The notes under the pieces are model-generated. The model ran no database searches, was not told the origin of the DNA, and saw only the letters and a list, made by a program, of their open reading frames with translations. This document shows positions 12,552 to 24,549 of a DNA stretch of 64,000 nt, in pieces (the stretch's first letter is position 1; the number at the start of each line of letters is the position of its first letter). A program made the position numbers and the translations under genes. The stretch covers positions 778,286,001 to 778,350,000 of the forward strand of contig NC_091282.1 of NCBI RefSeq assembly GCF_032444005.1, written 5' to 3'. The DNA comes from Ranitomeya imitator (Eukaryota).

Positions 12552-12695
12552 GGCACGCCCACCAGAACACCACTCACAAAAGGTTCTTACCAGAGTGCTG
12601 AGGAACCCCTGAATCGGGCAATGCCCCCGACGCGCGTTTCGCCGCTAGTCCGCTCGCCGCACTCCCCCTTGTGAGTGGTGTTCTGGTGGGGTGCC
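12552..12695. repeat. ~29-bp inverted repeat enclosing a CGCGCGTTTCG motif (possible Penelope-like remnant)
   Basis: GGCACGCCCACCAGAACACCACTCACAA pairs with TTGTGAGTGGTGTTCTGGTGGGGTGCC. Confidence 0.55.
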
Positions 12696-13631
12696 TTTTA
12701 ACGCCACCAGGCTTGTTTACCTGCGCCTCTCTGTGGACACTCCCCACATTAACCCCCTCCTGGGTTGTCTTGCTAGCCAGATCCTCATGGATACAGCCGG
12801 ATTAGGCAATATTGTGATATATGGGCTACATGGGTAGGCTTTACAACCCCTTCTTTTTCGTGGGGGACCTTTGGAGGCTATAGATCCTTTATTGGATTAT
12901 CATATTATTGTGTACTAGGGGATTTTCTGCCAGTACGGTTCTAGGTTCTGAGGTTACCTTAAGGTGTCTGTAATTGGTGTATTTAAATATGTTTTCAATA
13001 AAATATTTTTGTACAATTCTTATAAAACGCTCCCACTTTTCTCGTTTCCTTGTATATTGTGATCAGAGCAGAGCAACAGCGATCTCCTACATGAAAATGA
13101 AAAGCAAAAAGCCTAATAAAAAAATTGCAAAGCTTTAACCTTTTCTTTCTGCCACTACATACATTTTGACGAAGCATGGTCCACAAGGACCCGAAAAAAG
13201 CCATATAAAGAAGTACATATCAAAAAAATCTTAATTAATCATTTAAACAATGTTTTTAGACAATACAGAACAGGTAAGGTGGAATACCACATGGTGTACA
13301 CAAACGCCTCACCGACGGGTAATCCACCACAGGCACACGGAGCCAGGGAAAGAAAACACCTGCATATATATATAAAAACAGCTTACTATAACAATGCTGA
13401 AACTTGCCACAACCAAATATCAAAGTATCATATAATCTGTATAGGTAGCGATGCCAATCTTTAACAGAGGCAGAGGTGCATAGTGCCTAAGTATAATTAA
13501 CCGTAGCCCTGCATGTAATATGGCAATCAAGCTACATAACTTGTACACAGATGAATATTTGGAATGGACCTTACCTCTTAGTAGAGAGCTATGTGCCAAC
13601 TTCCCCCGGGTCCGTAAGCTGTTTTTATATA

Positions 13632-15237
13632 CAGTGGGGCAAAAAAGTATTTAGTCAGTCAGCAATAGTGCAAGTTCCACCACTTAAAAAGATGAGAGGC
13701 GTCTGTAATTTACATCATAGGTAGACCTCAACTATGGGAGACAAACTGAGAAAAAAAAATCCAGAAAATCACATTGTCTGTTTTTTTAACAATTTATTTG
13801 CATATTATGGTGGAAAATAAGTATTTGGTCAGAAACAAAATTTCATCTCAATACTTTGTAATATATCCTTTGTTGGCAATGACAGAGGTCAAACGTTTTC
13901 TGTAAGTCTTCACAAGGTTGCCACACACTGTTGTTGGTATGTTGGCCCATTCCTCCATGCAGATCTCCTCTAGAGCAGTGATGTTTTTGGCTTTTCGCTT
14001 GGCAACACGGACTTTCAACTCCCTCCAAAGGTTTTCTATAGGGTTGAGATCTGGAGACTGGCTAGGCCACTCCAGGACCTTGAAATGCTTCTTACGAAGC
14101 CACTCCTTCATTGCCCTGGTGGTGTGCTTTGGATCATTGTCATGTTGAAAGACCCAGCCACGTTTCATCTTCAATGCCCTTGCTGATGGAAGGAGGTTTG
14201 CACTCAAAATCTCCCGATACATGGCCCCATTCATTCTTTCATGTACCCGGATCAGTCGTCCTGGCCCCTTTGCAGAGAAACAGCCCCAAAGCATGATGTT
14301 TCCACCACCATGCTTTACAGTAGGTATGGTGTTTGATGGATGCAACTCAGTATTCTTTTTCCTCCAAACACGACAAGTTGTGTTTCTACCAAACAGTTCC
14401 AGTTTGGTTTCATCAGACCATAGGACATTCTTCCAAAACTCCTCTGGATCATCCAAATGCTCTCTAGCAAACTTCAGAAAGGCCCGGACATGTACTGGCT
14501 TAAGCAGTGGGACACGTCTGGCACTGCAGGATCTGAGTCCATGGTGGCGTAGTGTGTTACTTATGGTAGGCCTTGTTACATTGGTCCCAGCTCTCTGCAG
14601 TTCATTCACTAGGTCCCCCCGCGTGGTTCTGGGATTTTTGCTCACCGCTCTTGTGATCATTCTGACCCCATGGGGTGGGATTTTGCGTGGAGCCCCAGAT
14701 CGAGGGAGATTATCAGTGGTCTTGTATGTCTTCCATTTCCTAATTATTGCTCCCACTGTTGATTTCTTCACTTCAAGCTGGTTGGCTATTGCAGATTCAG
14801 TCTTCCCAGCCTGGTGCAGGGCTACAATTTTGTTTCTGGTGTCCTTTGACAGCTCTTTGGTCTTCACCACAGTGGAGTTTGGAGTCAGACTGTTTGAGGG
14901 TGTGCACAGGTGTCTTTTTATACTGATAACAAGTTTAAACAGGTGCCATTACTACAGGTAATGAGTGGAGGAAAGAGGAGACTCTTAAAGAAGAAGTTAC
15001 AGGTCTGTGAGAGCCAGAAATCTTGATTGTTTGTTTCTGACCAAATACTTATTTTCCACCATAATATGCAAAAAAAATGTTAAAAAAACAGACAATGTGA
15101 TTTTCTGGATTTTTTTTTCTCAGTTTGTCTCCCATAGTTGAGGTCTACCTATGATGTAAATTACAGACACCTCTCATCTTTTTAAGTGGTGGAACTTGCA
15201 CTATTGCTGACTGACTAAATACTTTTTTGCCCCACTG
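13632..15237 (-). mobile_element. Full-length Tc1 transposon (IR/DR type, 1606 bp)
   Basis: TA|CAGTGGGGCAAAAAAGTATTTAG...CCCCACTG|TA. ~210-bp TIRs with about 3 mismatches. Inner direct repeat AAATAAGTATTTGGTCAG resembles the outer AAAAAAGTATTTAGTCAG. Confidence 0.98.
13848..14870 (-). CDS. Intact Tc1 transposase, 340 aa, DD34E
   Basis: PAI/RED HTH N-terminus, linker [34 protein letters not shown]; 34 residues counted between the second D and E. Confidence 0.95.
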   Translation of the reverse strand: MVKTKELSKDTRNKIVALHQAGKTESAIANQLEVKKSTVGAIIRKWKTYKTTDNLPRSGAPRKIPPHGVRMITRAVSKNPRTTRGDLVNELQRAGTNVTRPTISNTLRHHGLRSCSARRVPLLKPVHVRAFLKFAREHLDDPEEFWKNVLWSDETKLELFGRNTTCRVWRKKNTELHPSNTIPTVKHGGGNIMLWGCFSAKGPGRLIRVHERMNGAMYREILSANLLPSARALKMKRGWVFQHDNDPKHTTRAMKEWLRKKHFKVLEWPSQSPDLNPIENLWRELKVRVAKRKAKNITALEEICMEEWANIPTTVCGNLVKTYRKRLTSVIANKGYITKY

Positions 15238-15654
15238 TATATGCAGGTGCTTTCTTTCCCTGGCTCCGTGCTCCTGTGGTGGATCACACGTCGGTGAGGC
15301 GTTTGTGTACACCATGTGGTATTCCACCTTACCTGTTCTGTATTGTCTAAAAACATTGTTTTAATGATTAATAAAAAAATTTTGATATGTACTTCTTTAT
15401 ATGGACTTTGAGGTCATTTTTTCAGGTCCTCGTGGACCATGCTTCATCTTATGGTTATTAGCGACCAGTCCCTTTATAGTGTCCCCCTTTTTCGGGTTCA
15501 GCCTATGATCTACTCATCTGGTTCTAGTGATAGCTGAATATACATTTGGTTGTATCATGCTGAGGTCTGTTGTGCTTCTGGTTTATCACTACATACATTA
15601 CCCTAGCAAAGTCCCTGCAGAACCAGTGATGGGATTGACTCTGCAGTCACTCCA

Positions 15655-16345
15655 GACGAATATGCAGGAAGCTCCCCCTAGTGGTGGCTGCAGACAGGAT
15701 CTTATGTATCTCTGTATACAGGGAGCTCCCCCTAGTGGTGACTGCACACTGGATCTTATCATGTATTTCTGTATTCAGGGAGCTCCCCCTAGTGGTGGCT
15801 GCAGACATGATCTTATGTATCTATACAGGGAGCTCCCCCTAGTGGTGACTGCAGACTGGATCTTATCATGTATCTCTGTATACAGGGAGCTCCCCCTAGT
15901 GGTGGCTGCAGACAGGATCTTATCATGTATCTCTGTATACAGGGAGCTCCCCTAGTGGTGACTGCAGACAGGATCTTATCATGTATCTCTGTATACAGGG
16001 AGCTCCCTCTAGTGGTGACTTCAGACAGGATCTTATCATGTATCTCTGTATACAGGGAGCTCCCCCTAGTGGTGGCTGCAGACAGGATCTTATCATGTAT
16101 CTCTGTATACAGGGAGCTCCCCCTAGTGGTGGCTGCAGACAGGATCTTATCATGTATCTCTGTATACAGGGAGCTCCCCCTAGTGGTGGCTGCAGACGAG
16201 ATCTTATCATGTATCTCTGTATACAGGGAGCTCCCCCTAGTGGTGGCTGCAGACAGGATCTTATCATGTATCTCTGTATACAGGGAGCTCCCCCTAGTGG
16301 TGGCTGCAGACGAGATCTTATGTATCTCTGTGTACAGGGAGTGTG
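15655..16345 (+). repeat. 57-bp minisatellite with a CTCF-like motif in each unit (~12 units)
   Basis: Unit GTATACAGGGAGCTCCCCCTAGTGGTGGCTGCAGACAGGATCTTATCATGTATCTCT; minus strand reads CCACTAGGGGGAGC. Confidence 0.95.
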
Positions 16346-16781
16346 ATGGCAGTCAGATTTGTTCATCAGTCTGATATAACAATCTTTGCACAGATAAACT
16401 ATCACTTGTAATGGTGGAAAGTTGTTCTGCACTGGTGGGAGATGTAATGGTAGGAGTTGTAGTATCACCGCTGATTTTTCTCAACGATTTTCAGTTTGTG
16501 ACAAACTCTCAGTGGAAATGATTTTTAAAACTAGCTTCGATTTCTCTGTCCCCATAAATCTCCGAGGTGGATGACAGCAGCGAGCGCTGGCGAGTTATGC
16601 TGTAAATACACTGCTACCATGTGTGGGAAGCCCAATATACTGCGACACCCGACAACTAATCCACAGTCAGTCGCATTAGTCTGGAGGTCACCCCTCCTAT
16701 GCAGGATTGGGGACATCATGGTGGGGGATGGGCACGTATTCAGCAGCAGGTAATTGATTCTTAGTACTACATAGGTGCGAT

Positions 16782-17066
16782 CAGTGTCAGACTCGGGTGG
16801 AAAGGGCCCACCAGTAACATTGACTTTGAGGGCCCACTTTTCAGCTGCATACAAATATTACACAACCTTGGTTCCCAAATTTACCCATATCTCTATAAAA
16901 TAAACTGGATAGTTTGATTAATGAATGATTAGATGCTGCTTTTTTCTGTAGAGTGAATCAAGTGAATTATGCCAAGTACTGCCCATCCAGTACAGTTGGG
17001 GGCCCAGATCTGCACAGGGGCCCACCGGGAGATTCCCCTGTTACCCTAGAGGCCAGTCCAAGCTTG
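16782..17066. mobile_element. Degenerate hAT MITE
   Basis: Flanking 8-mers GGTGCGAT / GGTGCGGT (7/8). Termini loosely resemble the CAGGGCCGGACTGG family; GGGCCC subterminal repeats. Confidence 0.55.
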
Positions 17067-17779
17067 GGTGCGGTGTGCTGCGGATCTTTACAGGTCTGTG
17101 GTGCGATGCTCTGCACAACTCCATCTCTTTGCTTCTCTGGCTGCCATCACATTGATCGGATGTAATAAATCTCGGCTTTCTCCATTATCGGGGACGCAGT
17201 TGGGGGTAATGTGTCTGTGGATTCCGCGCTGCTCCTGGGAACGGCCGGGGGTGACATCGGACTTTGGCTCTGGGCACAGTGGTTCATCCGCCGGCCATTA
17301 TCTGGATTTATTGGCTGCATTTCTATAGAGTGGGGAGAAGTGGGCACTTCCTCTGCTGAGAGCGACTCCAGGCCCAGCGCTGTCTCCGCTCGCTGAATGA
17401 GCCTCTTTACTGCAGCGCAAATTTATGGTTATGCCTTGTGCCTGCGAGTGAAGCATCTCAATCTGCAGGATCCTCCATGAATATTCATAACGTCACCAGT
17501 GAGGTATAACCTGGAAATGGCTAAATCCACAGAAAGCAGCACAGACACCAATCTACGCAATAGAGTTGTACAAAATCCTGAACCTCGGAAAGCCGCGTAA
17601 CAACTATTGAAACCGTCATCTCATCCACAAGAGTAATCAAGCCCCAGACCTGCCCAGTCATGGAGCGCAGGGAATGCAGGAGCCTAGGAAAGCTGGGTAA
17701 GACGAGACCTGATGGCAGAACACATGCACTGGCTGTAGTCCACACATCGATATGAATTAGGCGCAGGAGCAAACTATTA

Positions 17780-18120
17780 GGCTATGTGCACACGCTACGG
17801 ATTTTGAGGCTGATCCGCAGCAGTTTTCCATGCGTTGTTCAGTACCATGTAATCCTATGGAAAAAAAATCCGCAGTGCACATGCTGCAGAAAAAAAAAAA
17901 GCATGGAAACGCAGGGGTTTATTTTCCGCAGCATGTCAATTCTTTGTGCGGATTCCGCAGCGTTTTACACCTGTTCCTCAATAGTTATCCGCAGGTGTAA
18001 AACCACAGGTGGAATCTGCACAAAAACCACTTGAAATCCACAGTACGGTTTAGCTGCGGATTTACCAAAAACAGTGCAGAAAAATCTGCACACCATTCCG
18101 CAGCGTGTGCTCAAACAGCA
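17780..18120 (+). mobile_element. PIF/Harbinger-type MITE
   Basis: TTA|GGCTATGTGCACAC left end; TCCGCA repeats; degenerate right end (GCGTGTGCTCAAACAGC). Confidence 0.7.
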
Positions 18121-18736
18121 GCCGATGCTTTATCGATCCCATGCAGGCACCAACCCACCGCCCACTCCCCAGTCCCACTGATGACGACCCCCAACCGCGA
18201 TTTATCCAGATAGCCATAACTGGTAATGACCGAGTTTTGCTTTGGTCACAATGTGACTCCACCAACTATCCTCGGTCGCCGTGAAATCCTGAGCTCCTAT
18301 CAGTCTCTGCCTACCATACTTTACACTGCAGCTCAGCTTTAATTAGCTTGGCAGCAGTGTATAATTTACTCAGTAAGAGATTATTAATGTCCGATCCTTA
18401 TAATCTGGAATCTCTACTGCTCCAGCGTATTCCTACATACTCAGGACGGGCTAGGCGCTGCCTTTAATCAGATGGAGATACCTGCAAATGCGATAACCTT
18501 TAGTCAACCATTCATTTCAGAAAATAGACCTTTAATTATAACAATATCCTCCACAAACACAAGAAACAGATCTCCTGCAGCTTCACCTTTCCTTCTGCGA
18601 GATTATTCAATTTTGCTGATAAATGCTGAGTGGTTGTACAAACCTTACTGATATGAAGCGTCCACAGAATAGAAATAATTCATTGACGCTGAACATCAGT
18701 AGTGAAACAACTAATCTCATGAGCAATGTAAAAGCT

Positions 18737-19957
18737 GACATCACTGAGAATGCCTCCTATCCATCACCAGAGATCAGCGGTGACATCACTGAGAATGCCT
18801 CCTATCCATCACTAGAGATCAGCGGTGACATCACTGAGAATGCCTCCTATCCATCACTAGAGATCAGCGGTGACATCACTGAGAATGCCTCCTATCCATC
18901 ACTAGAGATCAGCGGTGACATCACTGAGAGTGCCTCCTATCCATCACTAGAGATCAGCGGTGACATCACTGAGAATGCCTCCTATCCATCACTAGAGATC
19001 AGCGGTGACATCACTGAGAATGCCTCCTATCCATCACTAGAGATCAGCGGTGACATCACTGAGAATGCCTCCTATCCATCACTAGAGATCAGAGGTGACA
19101 TCACTGAGAATGCCTCCTATCCATCACTAGAGATTAGTGGTGACATCACTGAGAATGCCTCCTATCCATCACTAGAGATCAGCAGTGACATCACTGAGAA
19201 TGCCTCCTATCCATCACTAGAGATCAGCGGTGACATCACTGAGAATGCCTCCTATCCATCACTAGAGATCAGCGGTGACATCACTGAGAATGCCTCCTAT
19301 CCATCACTAGAGATCAGAGGTGACATCACTGAGAATGCCTCCTATCCATCACTAGAGATTAGTGGTGACATCACTGAGAATGCCTCCTATCCATCACTAG
19401 AGATCAGCAGTGACATCACTGAGAATGCCTCCTATCCATCACTAGAGATCAGCAGTGACATCACTGAGAATGCCTCCTATCCATCACTAGAGATCAGTGG
19501 TGACATCACTGAGAATGCCTCCTATCCATCACTAGAGATCAGCGGTGACATCACTGAGAATGCCTCGTATCCATCACTAGAGATCAGCGGTGACATCACT
19601 GAGAATGCCTCCTATCCATCACTAGAGATCAGTGGTGACATCACTGAGAATGCCTCCTATCCATCACTAGAGATCAGCGGTGACATCACTGAGAATGCCT
19701 CCTATCCATCACTAGAGATCAGAGGTGACATCACTGAGAACGCCTCCTATCCATCACTAGAGATCAGTGGTGACATCACTGAGAATGCCTCCTATCCATC
19801 ACTAGAGATCAGCGGTGACATCACTGAGAATGCCTCGTATCCATCACTAGAGATCAGCGGTGACATCACTGAGAATGCCTCCTATCCATCACTAGAGATC
19901 AGAGGTGACATCACTGAGAATGCCTCCTATCCATCACTAGAGATCAGCGGTGACATC
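18737..19957 (+). repeat. 45-bp minisatellite array (copy 1, ~27 units)
   Basis: Unit GACATCACTGAGAATGCCTCCTATCCATCACTAGAGATCAGCGGT; reads DITENASYPSLEISG in one frame. Confidence 0.97.
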
Positions 19958-20394
19958 CCTTTTCTACCAGCACATGTGTTTGCGGGACAGATGATTAACA
20001 GGTTTTTTTGTTCTCTAATTTGGTGCCGTTGTGTGCGGTGAACGGCTGCACAGATGGAGAGGTTACTGCACAGACTTGCAATAAATAAATATTTTGTATT
20101 TGTGCAGTAACACGTTGAATTTTACCGTGTTCATTATCAGAAGTGCGGCCTGAAGTCTCCTCTCACGGGCAGCGAGCGGCCTCCATATACCAGTCATACC
20201 TGCAAGCAGATACAGTTCACAACAGGAAGGGGTAGTGATAGGACATAACGCCTCAACTCTGTGCAGTCCTATGTAACAAGATGTAGCAGAGACCTACAGT
20301 ACAGTCCTATGTAACATCAAAAGATAATGTAGAAGTTTCCTGCAGTCCTATTTTACACCAGATAGCGACTCAAATTGATGCAACTCAGTAAATT

Positions 20395-20400
20395 TTTATT
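20395..20400 (-). promoter_or_regulatory. Candidate FOXN3 polyadenylation signal (AATAAA)
   Basis: Plus-strand TTTATT at the distal end of an A/T-run-rich, UTR-like unique block. Other AATAAA hexamers at ~20672 and ~20945 are alternatives. Confidence 0.5.
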
Positions 20401-21754
20401 GCAACTGGAAGACGATACATCACAGAAACGTTATGGTAGATTTTGGGGACGTGTTATTTACAAGAATTCATGAAATTGTTTCTTTGGCAATATGATTACA
20501 CATCAAGAAAAAGTGAAATGCAGAAAAAAAAATATATAGATATATATATACGCTTGAAATCAACATAGTTCTCGGTCCACGGCCGCCGCTCTCCGCAGCT
20601 CCCGGTTCCATCACAGTTCTCCAGTTTAGGACGTTGGCAGCTACACACAAGTACAGAAAAAAATATTGCATTTTATTTTATTTTTCCCCAGAACTTTTCT
20701 TGGCGTCTCGGCCAATCCAGGTGCAGGAACATCCCCCCGCATTATACCTCAACCCTTTCACTGCCGGGGGCATCCTGAACCAATCCGCAGTGCAAAATGT
20801 TGCATGCGCAGCCGCAGAAAGGCGTAACAAAAAAGAAAAAGATAAACAAGGTATTTCTCTGCAGGAGTGACTCGGCATGCAGTGCAGGGTTCTCTGGCAG
20901 TGAAGGGGTTAACCAGATCCAGACTTCCTTTTTTTTCTCCCCTCTTTATTTTTTCTTGATTGCTTTATCACTTAAAATTAAAAAAAAAAAATTTTCTTAG
21001 AAATGTTACAGAAGTCATAAAATAAAAACAAACAAACAAACAAAACCTCTACAGGTTTAAAATGCTTTCCATACAGACGTACACACGATATATCGCACAA
21101 ACATCGGAGGCAGCGGCGAGGCCGGGGCGCCCCAAACCTCCTCTGTCCTATTCTATGGCTTTACTGTCAGAGAGATCTGAAAACGCAGCCCGAAAAATCC
21201 ACGTAAGAAGTGGCGATGTCAGCAGTAGATGACGGGGAGGGACGAGTGGTCGGGTCTGGCACGCAGGCGTGTGCAGTGCGTGTACAGTGCGCACCGGAGC
21301 TGGCAGTCCGTCTCATTTTGTGAGCCGCCGGCACGGAGCGTGCAGCAGAAGCCGACTTCTGAGTGTTAGGGCCGCCATACACAGACAGCAGTCGCCCGGC
21401 ACATCCACACACAGGAGGGTCCACATCTCCGGAGGCGGCTCACCTACCACTCACAGTCCAATCTCAGACGTCCTGCATCCATTTCAGCCCTGACCATAAA
21501 TTGTGCTGCGCCCCATGAACATTAAACCGTCAGCCGGTCCTGATGATACCAATGGGCTAAGCCAACATTAGTCTAATAGGCTGAGGTATCCTTAAGATAC
21601 AGGAACGAGTAGCAGGTTACATTAGAATTCACCCTCGTCCCCCCCAGAGGCAGCGAGGACGACACCATGGATGTGACTGCTGTGATGAACGAAGACGAGC
21701 TCGTAGGCCACATTTATCCAATACGATTCTGCTCCAGCATCGCACTTTGCGGTA

Positions 21755-21772
21755 GCAGCGCCATCTGGTGGG
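21755..21772 (-). promoter_or_regulatory. Consensus CTCF core motif
   Basis: Minus strand CCCACCAGATGGCGCTGC matches CCASYAGRKGGCRS at every position. Confidence 0.6.
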
Positions 21773-21850
21773 AAAAATCTCATGAAGTGTCGAACTCTAT
21801 AGAATCACAGATGATTTACACTTCACCCGTCGCATAACTTTATCCCAAAA

Positions 21851-23230
21851 GACAGTGACCTGTATGGTGTATATGGGGGTGGCAGTGGGGTGTATGGTGT
21901 ATATATGGAGATTGCAGTGGGTGTATATTTGGGGCATCAGTGGGGTGTATGGTGCATATGAGGATGGCAGTGGGGTGTATGATGTATATATGGGGGCAGC
22001 AGTGGGCTATATGATTTGGCAGTGGGGTGTATGGTGTATATACCGGGGCGGCAGTGGGGTGTATGGCAGAGGTGTCAAACTGCATTCCTCGAGGGCTGCA
22101 TACAGGTCATGTTTTCAGGATTTCCTTGTATTGCACATGTGATAATTTAATCACCTGCACAGAATGATTCCAGCACCTTGTCCAATGCTAAGGAAATCCT
22201 GAAAACATGACCTGTATGCAGCCCTCGAGGAATGCAGTTTGACACCTCTGGTGTATGGTGTATATACGGGGGCGGCAGTGGGGTGTATGGTGTATATATG
22301 GGGGTGGCAGTGGGGTGTAGGGTGTATAGTGTATAAGGGGGTGGTAGTGGGGTGTATGGTGTATATGAGGGCGGCAGTGGGGTGTATGGTGTATATGAGG
22401 GCGGCAGTGGGGTGTATGGTGTATATATGGGGGTGGCAGTGGGGTGTAGGGTGTATATATGGGGGTGGCAGTGGGGTGTAGGGTGTATATGATTCGGCAA
22501 TGGGGTGTATGATGTATATGGGGGTGGCAGTGGGATGTATGGTGTATATGAGGGCGGCAGTGAGGTGTTTGGTGCATATATGGGGGCGGCAGTGAGGTGT
22601 ATGGTGTATATGAGGGCAGCAGTGGGGTATATGATTCGGCAGTGGGGTGTATGGTGTATATAGGGGGAGCAATGGGGTGTATATTTGGGGGAATCAGTGG
22701 GGTGTATGGTGTATATGAGGGTGGCAGTGGGATGTATGGTGTATATGAGGGCGGCAGTGAGGTGTTTGGTGCATATATGGGGGCGGCAGTGAGGTGTATG
22801 GTGTATATGAGGGCAGCAGTGGGGTATATGATTCGGCAGTGGGGTGTATGGTGTATATAGGGGGAGCAATGGGGTGTATATTTGGGGGAATCAGTGGGGT
22901 GTATGGTGTATATGAGGGTGGCAGTGGGGTGTATGGTGTATATGAGGGCGGCAGTGAGGTGTTTGGTGCATATATGGGGGCGGCAGTGAGGTGTATGGTG
23001 TATATGGGGGTGGCAGTGGCGTGTAGGAGGGCGGCAATGGGGTGTATGGTGTATATGAGGGCGGCAATTGGGTGTATGAGGGCAGCAGTGAGGTGTATAT
23101 ATGGGGGCATCAGTGGGGTGTATGATTTATATTGGGACATATGGTGTATATGGTGGCAACAGTGGGGTGTATGGTGTATATATGGGGGGAGGAGGTGGCA
23201 GTATGGTGTTTGTATTTATGGTGTGGGGGG
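21851..23230 (+). repeat. ~30-bp G/T-rich minisatellite
   Basis: Unit ~GGTGTATGGTGTATATGAGGGCGGCAGTGG, with larger duplicated blocks at 22470-23000. Confidence 0.9.
22067..22250. mobile_element. 184-bp palindromic hAT MITE inside the minisatellite
   Basis: ~60-bp perfect TIRs CAGAGGTGTCAAACTGCATTCCTCGAGGGCTGCATACAGG...; exact 8-bp TSD GTGTATGG. Confidence 0.95.
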
Positions 23231-24549
23231 GTACGCGGCAGTGCCTGCCGCCTGCTCTTGTACCCATTCCACCAAGAAAGCATTTCATAGAATGCTGCTA
23301 CAATCCAGCCAATGAGGATGGTGACTCCCAGCAGCAAGCTTTCTGATTGGTTACAGCTTTTGTTGGGAGTGTCGATCACCGCCCCTAGTGTTGGTGTGAG
23401 GCATTACTTGGGTTGGCAGTAGGATATAACGGCAGTGATTTATAAGCATCGTGTCCTCTATTCATGATAAAAGGAAAAAAAAAAAAAAAAAAGAGCGGAT
23501 GAATGGTGGAAACGATTAACAGTAATTGGAATTTCCCCTTTAAGTCGTTCTATTGGCCGAACGTGTTTCGCGTTGTGCAGCCGACCAATCGCCTCGTTAC
23601 TTATCCTCGTCCTGCAAAATATGGGAAGAAAAAAAACAAAAAAAAAAACTAACCTGCGGCCACAAGCAACATGTAATGTGGGGTGCGCCCGAGGACGACC
23701 TCCGGAGCAGAACTCTCTGAGCCAGTAAAGCTGGCAGCCGCTGCCCGTTTTACCAACATATTATTGCCTCATGTTATCTGAATACAGAAAAGACAGAAAC
23801 GTTTCATTTTTCGATATCACAGAAGCACAGTAGGGTTGTATGTGGGGCTGAATGTAAAGACAAGGCAGATCCGAGCCCGACGAGAGGATGAGTAATTATT
23901 ATTATATTGCAGAGAGAAGACGTTCCCCAACAGTCAGATGTGTCCCTGAAGAAGGTTAGACCTTAGAAACCTGCTTCCAAAAATCAGATAAAAAATACCG
24001 GGGGTGACTGAAGTCCAGGCCCTGGGCCTAACATTAGAGGCGTTGCCTTTTTTCTCTATTTTTTTCTATTTATATGAAAATAATCCATGCGTCATGCTAA
24101 ATACAGAGTTACCTTACAAGAACGGCGCTCGTCTGTGGGAGAAGAAAAAAAACAAAATGTAAAATAAAGCCCCGAACTTGTTTCTGGTCATGAGATCCAT
24201 GCACCTGTGTGTGATCCGGTTGTGGTTTCCGGCGGTCGACCCGGTTCTAGGCGGCAGCTGAATACTGGCGGCAGGTTCCGTAGCGCTGTCAGTCTCATTT
24301 TCGGGGTGATCCGCTTCGTTCTGGCAGTTGTTTGTCATTGAATGGCGGGAGTGAACGAGTTAATCCGGAGAAGATACATTGCAAGAATCGTATACAATAC
24401 CAAATGGCAACACTGTATAATTCCATCATTGGGGGAGATTTATGGCACAACAGGCTTGGCGTCTGCAAGGAGCTGAGAGGTCGTCACCGAATTGGCCGTG
24501 TGCGCTGCCAGAGGAAGATGAAGGAAGGCTGCAGGATCCGGAACAGCAC

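Larger units (their letters stand above)
13171..15445. repeat. Pair of ~200-bp diverged inverted repeats (13171-13370 and 15238-15445) enclosing the Tc1
   Basis: Left arm ...GGTGGAATACCACATGGTGTACACAAACGCCTCACCGACG... is the reverse complement of the right arm; roughly 90% identical by eye. Confidence 0.9.

Noticed and set aside
15527-16468. ORFs of MYLCIQGAPPSGGCRQDLI and similar repeats
   Set aside because: Translations of the 57-bp satellite on both strands, with no coding signal.
18737-19957. CRISPR-like array or hammerhead satellite (as in newt satellite 2)
   Set aside because: Units are contiguous with no unique spacers, there are no cas genes, and no CTGANGA/GAAA core occurs in the 45-, 86- or 37-bp units.
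21840-23315. His/Pro/Tyr-rich or Gly/Tyr/Val-rich ORFs
   Set aside because: Translations of the 30-bp minisatellite in the probable UTR.
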